Of a stretch of DNA of 64,000 nt, positions 1 to 7,551 are shown piece after piece. The position numbers and the translations under genes are program-made. Positions within the stretch are counted from its first letter, which is position 1, and the number at the start of each line of letters is the position of its first letter. Source of the stretch: Fidelibacterota bacterium (GTDB lineage: Bacteria; Fidelibacterota; Fidelibacteria; Fidelibacterales; DSDE01). The notes under the pieces were generated by a model. That model ran no database searches, was not told where the DNA came from, and was given only the letters and a program-made list of their open reading frames with translations. The stretch spans positions 22,231 to 86,230 of the forward strand of contig JBJKQR010000036.1 of NCBI GenBank assembly GCA_046735395.1, read 5' to 3'.

Positions 1-204
1 AACAGCCGCGGCGTGAAGCAGGCCGGATTTTATGTACTGGTCGGCGCATCCATGCCCAATGTCCTGACGGAGATCGGTTTCATCTCCAACCGGGACGATC
101 TCCGCAATCTCAAACGGGCTGTATATCGGCAGAAGGTCGCCGAATCCATTTTCAACGCGATCCGGGATTTCAAATTTGATAATGAAAAAGAGGTCAAGCA
201 GTAA
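1..204 (+). CDS. N-acetylmuramoyl-L-alanine amidase (Amidase_3), C-terminal part, truncated by window edge
   Basis: Frame open from base 1: NSRGVKQAGFYVLVGASMPNVLTEIGFISN is the typical Amidase_3 C-terminal motif; directly upstream of murI. Confidence 0.88.
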   Translation, partial: NSRGVKQAGFYVLVGASMPNVLTEIGFISNRDDLRNLKRAVYRQKVAESIFNAIRDFKFDNEKEVKQ

Positions 205-1044
205 ATGACGGACTGCCGTCTTCCCATCGGAGTGTTTGACAGCGGACTGGGCGGACTGACCGTGTACCGGCAGCTTCGCGAAATTCTTCCCGGTGAAGAC
301 ATTCTATATCTCGGCGATACCGCCCGCATTCCCTATGGATCCAAAAGCCCGGCCACCATCATTAATTTTTCCGTACAGATTACGCGCTTCCTGCTGGATA
401 AGCAGATCAAGATGCTGATCGTGGCCTGCAACACGGCCTCCAGCCTGGCTCTGGATACGCTGAAGTCCCTCTGTCCCGTTCCGGTCATCGGTGTGGTTGA
501 GGCCGGTGTACGCAGTGCAGCAGCGGCCAGCAGGAGCAAACGCATCGCCGTCATCGGCACCCGGGCAACCATTGACAGCGGAGCCTATCCGCGCACCATG
601 AAGGCCCTGAATGGCGGCACAGAGGTGATGGGCAGCGCCTGCCCTCTTTTCGTCCCGCTCGTGGAGGAAGGGTTTTCGGATCATCCCGCCGCAGCCCTCG
701 TTGCCCGCGATTATCTGAATTTTCTCACTGACAGCGATACGGATGCCCTCATTCTGGGCTGTACCCACTATCCCATTCTGGAATCCCTCATCCGGGACAC
801 AATTCCCGCAGGAATACAGATCGTAAATCCGTCTCATGCCGTTGCAGAAGAAGTGCGGCAGCTGCTGACGGATACACATTGCACGAATCCGCAGGCCTCG
901 GGCCGCAGTGAATTCTATGTGACGGATCTGGCTGCCAAATTTCACGAGCTGAGCAGCCGTTTTCTCGGCTACCCGCTTGAATCCGTCCACACGGTCTCTG
1001 TGGAAACACTTGAATCATACGGCCTTCACGCCACAAAATCATGA
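205..1044 (+). CDS. murI: Glutamate racemase
   Basis: PIGVFDSGLGGLTV, IVACNTAS and LILGCTHYP catalytic Cys motifs. Confidence 0.97.
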   Translation: MTDCRLPIGVFDSGLGGLTVYRQLREILPGEDILYLGDTARIPYGSKSPATIINFSVQITRFLLDKQIKMLIVACNTASSLALDTLKSLCPVPVIGVVEAGVRSAAAASRSKRIAVIGTRATIDSGAYPRTMKALNGGTEVMGSACPLFVPLVEEGFSDHPAAALVARDYLNFLTDSDTDALILGCTHYPILESLIRDTIPAGIQIVNPSHAVAEEVRQLLTDTHCTNPQASGRSEFYVTDLAAKFHELSSRFLGYPLESVHTVSVETLESYGLHATKS

Positions 1045-2306
1045 CACACGACAGTCTGCCTTCCTATCTCGGCGAGCTCTACGCCCGGATTGGCGGAACC
1101 ATGAAGTTCGGCCTGGACCGGACCCGGAAATTCATGGAAAAGCTGGGACATCCCGAAAGCAAATTCAAAAGCCTGCATATTGCCGGGACGAACGGGAAAG
1201 GATCGGTGACGGCTATTCTCGCCCGCATCCTTCAGAAGCACGGCTACCGGACCGGACGTTTCACGTCGCCCCATCTGCTTCGCTTCAATGAACGCATCCG
1301 GATTGACGACGGCATGATTCCCGAAGCGGAAATACGTTCCCGTCTGGAAGACTGGCAGGAGTATATCGACAGCGAGGGCATCTCCTTTTTTGAGATCACC
1401 ACCGGCCTGGCTTTTTCCTGGTTCGCGGATCAGTCGGTCGACATCGCGGTGGTCGAGACCGGCCTGGGCGGGCGGCTGGACAGCACGAATGTGCTCGATC
1501 CCGAACTCTCTCTCATTACTCACATCGCCCGGGATCACATGAAGATTCTGGGTTCCACACTGCCGAAAATCGCCGCTGAAAAAGCGGGTATCATCAAGGC
1601 TCACCGGCCTGTTATCACCGGACAGCAGTCTCCCGGCGCTCTGAACGTGCTGAAACAGGTCGCGGAGGAGAAATCGGCCCCGTTTATTCACTGCAATTGG
1701 AAACGAATCAGCCATCCTGACGTCGGACCGACCGGCAGTACATTCCGGCTCGCGCCCTATGACCATACGTTTCATCTGGGACTGGCCGGGCGGCATCAGC
1801 TGGACAATATGCTCATCGCCGTCACAGCCGCGGAACAGTTTCTCGGCTCCACGCTGGATCCGGGCCGGATGGCGGAAGCATTGGAAACCATCCGCTGGAA
1901 GGGCCGTTTCGAGATCCTGAGCGAAAAGCCCCGGATCATTTACGACGTGGCTCACAACCTGGATGGTGCCCAACGTCTATTTGAAGCCATGGATGAATTC
2001 TACCCGGGCAAAAAGCCCATCATCTGCCTGGGATTGCTGGAGGACAAACAGTTCGACCCCATCCTCCGGCTCTGCCGCCGGCACAGTGATGCGGTTCATC
2101 TCTGCCACGTGCACAGCCATCGCGCATTCAGCATGGAAGAACTGATGCAGCGTTCCGGCCTTTCCGCGTCCCACCTGCACAGCAGCTGCAGCTCAGCACT
2201 GAATTCTCTGATCCCCGGACTGTCGGACAATGACCTTCTCCTTATTTTCGGTTCCCATTATATCGCCTCCGAGGTTTATGCAGCCTTTCCCGAAGCAGAC
2301 GCCTGA
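1041..2306 (+). CDS. folC: Bifunctional folylpolyglutamate synthase/dihydrofolate synthase
   Basis: HIAGTNGKGS P-loop, FTSPHL..FNERI, ETGLGGRLDSTN, DVAHN; ATGA overlap with murI. Confidence 0.96.
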   Translation: MTHDSLPSYLGELYARIGGTMKFGLDRTRKFMEKLGHPESKFKSLHIAGTNGKGSVTAILARILQKHGYRTGRFTSPHLLRFNERIRIDDGMIPEAEIRSRLEDWQEYIDSEGISFFEITTGLAFSWFADQSVDIAVVETGLGGRLDSTNVLDPELSLITHIARDHMKILGSTLPKIAAEKAGIIKAHRPVITGQQSPGALNVLKQVAEEKSAPFIHCNWKRISHPDVGPTGSTFRLAPYDHTFHLGLAGRHQLDNMLIAVTAAEQFLGSTLDPGRMAEALETIRWKGRFEILSEKPRIIYDVAHNLDGAQRLFEAMDEFYPGKKPIICLGLLEDKQFDPILRLCRRHSDAVHLCHVHSHRAFSMEELMQRSGLSASHLHSSCSSALNSLIPGLSDNDLLLIFGSHYIASEVYAAFPEADA

Positions 2307-2387
2307 CCCTCCGGCCGGGAAAAATTAGCATAGCCGTCATTTCCCATTTCATTCTATTCGGAATTGGCGTAAATTCTCCTCCGAAAA

Positions 2388-2464
2388 GGGCGATTGGCTC
2401 AGTTGGTTAGAGCGCCGGTCTCACATTCCGGAGATCACAGGTTCGAATCCCGTATCGCCCACCA
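2388..2464 (+). tRNA. tRNA-Val(CAC)
   Basis: Cloverleaf: acceptor GGGCGAT/ATCGCCC, D arm GCTC..GAGC, anticodon loop CT-CAC-AT, GGTTCGAATCC, encoded CCA. Confidence 0.93.
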
Positions 2465-2873
2465 GGCAAAAGCCCCGCACTATGACAAGCTCAGTGAACG
2501 GGGCTTTTTTTTAGGTATGAGAAACGAGTAGCGAGTAACGAGTTGACGAGTTAACGAGCGGCGGGGCGGTCAAACTGCTTCATCACCGGGATTCGCGCCC
2601 TGTCTTCGTGAAACGGAGACAGGCGTCCCGCGGAATGAAGTGAAGCGGAAAAAACCTGTAGGTTCGTAACGAAACGCTGTTCGGCAAAGCCGAACGAAGT
2701 GGAGTTCAGCGAGGATCCGCCAGCCGGCGGACCGCAAGCTAATCCCGTATCGCCCACCAGGCAAAAGCCCCGCACTATGACAAGCTCAGTGAACGGGGCT
2801 TTTTTTTAGGTATGAGTAAAGAGTATCGAGTAGCGAGTTGACGAGTTGACGAGTTAAAGAGCGGCGGGGCGGT
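2446..2873 (+). repeat. Direct repeat of tRNA-Val 3' end + terminator + downstream oligomer tract (295 bp offset)
   Basis: 2446-2521 identical to 2741-2816 (76 bp); similarity continues through CGAGT(A/T) oligomers to GCGGCGGGGCGGT. Confidence 0.93.
2468..2512 (+). terminator. Intrinsic terminator after tRNA-Val (duplicated at 2763-2807)
   Basis: AAAAGCCCCG...CGGGGCTTTTTTTT stem followed by a U-run. Confidence 0.75.
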
Positions 2874-2884
2874 AATTGAAATTG

Positions 2885-2912
2885 GTAGAGACGTTGCATG
2901 CAACGTCTCTGC
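2885..2912. repeat. GTAG-type REP-like palindrome
   Basis: Perfect 24 bp palindrome AGAGACGTTGCATGCAACGTCTCT (2887-2910) starting within GTAG. Confidence 0.7.
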
Positions 2913-3317
2913 AAGCATCCATAATATATATTTTTCAAAATGCGGTAAATCATGGTTCCCCCCTCCCAACCATCCGTGTACGAAGCAAACCGATGTATCT
3001 TTGAAACATGGCAAATGCTTTCGTTCTGAACAGAAATTCTCGTTTCATTACCTCCTTTCTATTCTATCGTCACGTGTGCGCTGGATCACAATGACAAAAT
3101 TAACAATTGACAGTTTCGTGTGCCGCCCGTACGCAACAATTTTAACATAATTAGCCGAATAATAGGGATATATATCGGGAATTGCTGTTTCTGCGCAAAG
3201 TATTTTCAGGGGATAATTCAAAAAAAATCAACAGCTTCATTGCATGGGGTCTAAATTGACCTTATTTTGTCATGAACAGGAGTATATTTTGACTGCTTTA
3301 GTTACAGGGGGAAGACG

Positions 3318-5273
3318 ATGAAAAGACAATTATGGGTGCTGTCACTGTTTGTCCTTGTGAGCAGTGCCTTTGGTTCGGTTGTCGATTGCTGGGATTTCAA
3401 CGGGTCCGACTCCCTGGTGACTGTCGGGAGCAAGGGCCTGATAATTGAGCATTTCGGAACCGCGATTTCAGAAGGCTATGAGGGAGATGGCCTTCAGTTC
3501 AGCGGAGACAGCAGTTATTCGCAATTTTCGCTGGCAGGCGGCGTTCGGAGGGACGTCATCAGTATTGAAATGATGCTGTACATTCCGGATTCGCTGAACT
3601 ACAGCCTCATACTGGGCAGCGGCGAAGTGGCGCCCCTGTTCGGCATCATTTACTCCGGGGAAGAGCCGGGGCTTGTGCCGGACGCGTTGTATTTCATTGC
3701 CGGTGAGGACGACCTGAATCATGCCCACACTTTGAACTTTCCACGAAATCAGTGGTTTCAACTGGGCTGCTCCTGGAATGGAAATATTGAGAAAATATTT
3801 ATTGACGGCCGCTTGGAATCCAAGGTCAGGAGCGGTGGAAATATGACACTCGCCGACAGTCTCTACCTCGGCGCGTCACCCGAATTCGGATATTCCTTCC
3901 GTGGCAGCCTGGACAATCTGGTCATTTATGACTCAAATGTTGATTTCGGTACCGCAAATGATAGCAGCAGTGCAAAATTTGAAATTCCTGATATCAACGA
4001 AACCGAGGATTATGAATTCAGCATATCCCTTCAGGGAAATATGGAAACGCCCATATCCTCGTTTGAGCTGAGAGCCAGCGGTTTTGACACCAACCTCGTA
4101 TATCTCGGCTGCAATCTGGATTCGGTGATGTTTTCCGGCCTGAACTGGAGTTTATCCCGGCATTACAGTGACGGCCTGCTTTATGTAGCCGCTGCCGGCG
4201 CAGACAGCATCATTGATTCCGGGACGCTGATGAATATCACGGCTATTGTTCCTGAATCAAATGTAAAGGACACGCTGATTCTGACGGTGGACTGGATCAT
4301 TGCCAATAATGATACACTGGCGGTGAATGTGCCCGGACGCATCATTATTCATCCCGTCTGTATCGGGGATGCGGATCTGAACGGACAGATCCGGGCCTAT
4401 GACGCCTCCCAGATCCTGAAATATGAAATCGGCCGGAAAGGACTGAACCGGCTGCAGAAGATCAACGCCGACATCAATGAAGATTCGGTCGTATCGGCCT
4501 TCGACGCGGCCCTGATTCTTCAGTACTTAGTGGGGATCATCGATTCCCTTCCCTGCGATACGAGCATTGCCGGTGAAGGCAGCCTGAGCTTCAACGAAGG
4601 ACAGCAGACCCTTTCAAATCAGCTTGAAGTACCCCTGACCCTTACCACGAACAGCGACCTGTATTCCCTGTATTACCGTCTGAGCTATGATCCGTCGCAG
4701 CTTCAGTGCCTCGGCGTGGAAAGGGCGGAAGGGCTGGATGGCCTGACACTGGAAAACGACATCCGCAATGGTGAAATAATCGTTTCCGGAGCCTCCGGTA
4801 CACCCATGAACGGCAATCTTCTTTTCTCAAAACTTATTTTCGCCCCGGCTGACGGACAGACAGAATTAGAATCCAGCATCATACTGGAGGAAACACAGTT
4901 CAATGACATGCCCCGCGAGATCGCCGGCGATACCCTGACGGTGCAGATGACGGTAACCGGTGTCGCGGATACGAAGGCTGAAAACTTCCGCCTGGAACAG
5001 AATTACCCCAACCCCTTCAATCCGCTCACCCACATACGGTATACCCTCCCGGAACAGGCGAACCTGCGGATGGCTATATTTGACGTGTCCGGCCGGCTGG
5101 TGAGAAGCTGGGCGAGAACCGGACAGATGCAGGGACAGTACGACCTTGTATGGGACGGCCGCAACGACCATGGCAAAATTCTGTCCGCCGGTATCTACTT
5201 CTGCCGGATGGAAGCAGACCCCGCATCCGGATCCCCCTTTGTTCAGACACGGAAAATGGTATTTCTGAAATAG
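3318..5273 (+). CDS. Secreted protein: LamG/ConA-like + cohesin-like + dockerin + cohesin-like + FlgD-Ig/T9SS-type C-terminal domain
   Basis: Signal peptide; WFQLGCSWNG..IFIDG..FRGSLDNLVIY (LamG); paired dockerin repeats GDADLNGQIRAYDASQIL / ADINEDSVVSAFDAALIL; LSYDPSQL cohesin-like; QNYPNPFNP..WDGRND..KMVFLK. Confidence 0.82.
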   Translation: MKRQLWVLSLFVLVSSAFGSVVDCWDFNGSDSLVTVGSKGLIIEHFGTAISEGYEGDGLQFSGDSSYSQFSLAGGVRRDVISIEMMLYIPDSLNYSLILGSGEVAPLFGIIYSGEEPGLVPDALYFIAGEDDLNHAHTLNFPRNQWFQLGCSWNGNIEKIFIDGRLESKVRSGGNMTLADSLYLGASPEFGYSFRGSLDNLVIYDSNVDFGTANDSSSAKFEIPDINETEDYEFSISLQGNMETPISSFELRASGFDTNLVYLGCNLDSVMFSGLNWSLSRHYSDGLLYVAAAGADSIIDSGTLMNITAIVPESNVKDTLILTVDWIIANNDTLAVNVPGRIIIHPVCIGDADLNGQIRAYDASQILKYEIGRKGLNRLQKINADINEDSVVSAFDAALILQYLVGIIDSLPCDTSIAGEGSLSFNEGQQTLSNQLEVPLTLTTNSDLYSLYYRLSYDPSQLQCLGVERAEGLDGLTLENDIRNGEIIVSGASGTPMNGNLLFSKLIFAPADGQTELESSIILEETQFNDMPREIAGDTLTVQMTVTGVADTKAENFRLEQNYPNPFNPLTHIRYTLPEQANLRMAIFDVSGRLVRSWARTGQMQGQYDLVWDGRNDHGKILSAGIYFCRMEADPASGSPFVQTRKMVFLK

Positions 5274-5296
5274 TCGGCACAGAACATAAAGTACAG

Positions 5297-5322
5297 AAAG
5301 CCTCCTTCGCGGAGGCTTTTTT
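5297..5322 (+). terminator. Intrinsic terminator
   Basis: AAAGCCTCC-TTCGC-GGAGGCTTT followed by more Ts. Confidence 0.85.
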
Positions 5323-5424
5323 ACTATCGGTGTTTTTCCTCTGGTTCCGTAGCGGAATGAAAAATAAATTCCATAAAATACGATTTGCGGGCAACCGAAG
5401 CGGCCCGGAGCGAGTCTAAGAGAT

Positions 5425-5985
5425 ATGGACAGAGATGCGGTCATACTGAGCCTGTACCGAAACGGCTTTCATCAGAAGGCCATGGCCCTGCTGATGGATC
5501 ATTACGGGGATGACCTGTGGAGATATATTCTGACGCTGGTGAATAATGAGGATGATGCCGCCGACCTGAGTCAGGAAACCCTGATTAAAGTGTATCGGAA
5601 TCTCTCCGGATTCCGGGGGGACAGCCTGCTCCGGACCTGGATATTCAGCATAGCCCGAAATACGGCATTCAGCTGGATGCAGACACGAAATTTCCGGACA
5701 TCCCAGGCAGATGATGCGCCGGATCAGAGCAGGTTTTCGGATGACGAAGCGGAATCCATTACCGAAAAGGACAGCATCACACCCCTCATCCGCCAACTGT
5801 CTCCGCCGCTGCAGACACCCCTCACGCTTCATTACTACATGGGCTGCAGCTATGAGGAAAGCGCCGCCATCCTGGCCATTCCCATCAATACCCTGAAGGC
5901 CCGGATACGCAGGGCCAAGCTGGCGCTGGCCGGCCTGCTGCGCAGCGCTGCACCCGAAGCCGTCAAACTGGGAGGAGCATCATGA
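5425..5985 (+). CDS. ECF-family RNA polymerase sigma factor
   Basis: DAADLSQETLIKVYRNL..FRGDS..RTWIFSIARN (region 2); SYEESAAILAIPINTLKARIRRAK (region 4). Confidence 0.92.
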   Translation: MDRDAVILSLYRNGFHQKAMALLMDHYGDDLWRYILTLVNNEDDAADLSQETLIKVYRNLSGFRGDSLLRTWIFSIARNTAFSWMQTRNFRTSQADDAPDQSRFSDDEAESITEKDSITPLIRQLSPPLQTPLTLHYYMGCSYEESAAILAIPINTLKARIRRAKLALAGLLRSAAPEAVKLGGAS

Positions 5986-6416
5986 AAAACTGTGATCATA
6001 TTCTGGAATACTATGTTCGGAACGGCGCCGAAGACCGGAGAGTGGCCCGCCACATGTCCACCTGTGATACCTGCCGGAGCCGCATTGACGCCGCGGAAAG
6101 AATGGACCGGGCACTGGCCCGGACACAAACTCCCGGGCTGCCGCAGCATGTACGCAGTCAGGTACTCCAATCCGTTCCGCGCTTTGCCCCCTGGCCGGTC
6201 GAAAAGTGGCTGGACATTGCAGCGATTCTGCTCACGGTTCTCACTGCCGCCTTCAACCTGCCCGGCATAGGCCGGCTCTTCCTGGTGCTTGTAACCGGGC
6301 TTTCAGAAATTTTTCCGGAAACTGCATCAGGGCTTATGATTTTCGGCCTTTTTCCCACTCTCACCCTCCTGCTCCTGCTGGGCGCCGCCGAAGTGAAACG
6401 GGCCTGGCAGACCTGA
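5982..6416 (+). CDS. Putative membrane anti-sigma factor (zinc-binding HxxxCxxC)
   Basis: HMSTCDTC motif, two hydrophobic segments, ATGA overlap with the ECF sigma gene. Confidence 0.8.
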   Translation: MKNCDHILEYYVRNGAEDRRVARHMSTCDTCRSRIDAAERMDRALARTQTPGLPQHVRSQVLQSVPRFAPWPVEKWLDIAAILLTVLTAAFNLPGIGRLFLVLVTGLSEIFPETASGLMIFGLFPTLTLLLLLGAAEVKRAWQT

Positions 6417-6466
6417 ACCCGTTTCAGGATGAATTCATGCGCGGATCTCAGAGCAAAGAATTTCGC

Positions 6467-6495
6467 TTGAAATTATTTGGAAATACAGATATATT
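6467..6495 (+). promoter_or_regulatory. Sigma70-like promoter of tRNA-Arg/tRNA-Lys
   Basis: TTGAAA-N17-TATATT, ending 21 nt before the tRNA. Confidence 0.6.
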
Positions 6496-6516
6496 TACCA
6501 GCTTTTTGATATGGAT

Positions 6517-6590
6517 GCGCACGTAGCTCAGTTGGATAGAGCGACGGATTCCGGTTCCGTAGGCCGAGGGTTCGAATCCTTCCGTGCGTA
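6517..6590 (+). tRNA. tRNA-Arg(CCG), CCA not encoded
   Basis: Acceptor GCGCACG/CGTGCGT, anticodon stem ACGGA/TCCGT with loop TT-CCG-GT, GGTTCGAATCC; followed by CAA. Confidence 0.93.
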
Positions 6591-6658
6591 CAAGGCCGCG
6601 TCAAGGCGATCCCGTTCCGGTTCCGGCCGGATGCCGAACGCGTAGACAGGCCCGCTCT

Positions 6659-6734
6659 GCGTCTGTAGCTCAATTGGTAGAGCAGCGGACTCTTAATCCG
6701 TTGGTTGAAGGTTCAAGTCCTTCCAGGCGTACCA
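6659..6734 (+). tRNA. tRNA-Lys(CTT)
   Basis: Acceptor GCGTCTG/CAGGCGT, anticodon loop CT-CTT-AA, GGTTCAAGTCC, encoded CCA. Confidence 0.94.
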
Positions 6735-7046
6735 GCCAAAGCCCTTAAGCATCAAAGACTTAGGGGCTTTTTGCATTGGGCCACTTTTCTCCAGAAGTGT
6801 AGCGAAAAGGACAAATATGGACAAACCCTTACATTCCCGTTTCATAGAGCAGGATAAAACTCACGCCTGTGCGGGACAGGCTGTTGGTTGAAGGTTCCCC
6901 CGCCCCGCAAGGCGGGGAACCCGATCCAAGATCGGGCGGGGCCAGGCGTACCAGCTAAAGCCCTTAAGTTTCAAAGACTTAGGGGCTTTTTGTTTGTGGG
7001 TGCTTTTCTCCAGAAATGTATCCAAAAGGACAAATATGGACAAACC
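6700..7046 (+). repeat. Imperfect direct repeat of tRNA-Lys 3' part + terminator + GGACAAA motifs
   Basis: 6700-6714 = 6883-6897; 6723-6827 similar to 6942-7046 (offset 219); 8 nt of the T-arm replaced by a 44 nt palindromic insert. Confidence 0.9.
6738..6772 (+). terminator. Intrinsic terminator after tRNA-Lys (second copy about 6957-6991)
   Basis: AAAGCCCTTAAG...CTTAGGGGCTTTTT. Confidence 0.75.
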
Positions 7047-7153
7047 TGGACAAATCATGGTCACTAACTTTTTCAGGTAATGTATCCAAAACCCTATAAA
7101 ACAGTTGGATACAAAACCTGTGGGAACGCATGGCGAAAATAAAAGTGTCCCAT

Positions 7154-7184
7154 AAAAAAATGCCCGGGTTTCCCCAGGCATTTT
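7154..7184 (-). terminator. Terminator downstream of integrase remnant
   Basis: AAAATGCC..GG....CC.GGCATTTT hairpin with an A7 run (U-run on minus strand), 20 nt past the remnant stop. Confidence 0.55.
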
Positions 7185-7204
7185 CATTGCGATTTCGATG
7201 CATC

Positions 7205-7316
7205 TCAGAGCAAGATATTTACAGCTTCGTGCAGATTTTCGTTCATCAGACCTGCACAGAAGTTCTCCGTCCCCATCACCGAACTGTGACCCGTAAAACC
7301 TTGATGTCAAATACAA
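7205..7316 (-). pseudogene. Tyrosine recombinase/integrase C-terminal remnant
   Basis: With one frameshift reads LYLTSRF-TGHSSVMGTENFCAGLMNENLHEAVNILL*, matching box II (xSxxLGHSSxxxTExYA); Cys (TGT) at the catalytic Tyr position; converges on tRNA-Lys. Confidence 0.72.
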
Positions 7317-7320
7317 TAGC

Positions 7321-7349
7321 TTGAAAACATTTATGTTATATCGTATATT
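7321..7349 (+). promoter_or_regulatory. Sigma70-like promoter
   Basis: TTGAAA-N17-TATATT upstream of the 7552 CDS. Confidence 0.5.
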
Positions 7350-7551
7350 GATTTCAGTCTGAAATTACTTATGTAATTGGGCTCAATAAAATCTGTTGGC
7401 AAGGCTGTCATTTTGTTTTGGGGGAATAAATTTACAAAGCTGAAACACCTGATAATAATGGAAATAATCAAATCTAACCGGGCCGCCAATATGACGAATA
7501 AAAGCTGTTGTACATCATAATTGATACTGAAAATATTTATAGGAGTAAAAT

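Noticed and set aside
2551..3014. Short minus-strand ORFs near tRNA-Val, including AETLHATSL
   Set aside because: Translations of palindromes and the terminator; no HUH/RAYT motifs seen
6591..6658. Structured spacer between tRNA-Arg and tRNA-Lys as a separate ncRNA
   Set aside because: A GC-rich imperfect hairpin without tRNA features; adequately explained as precursor spacer
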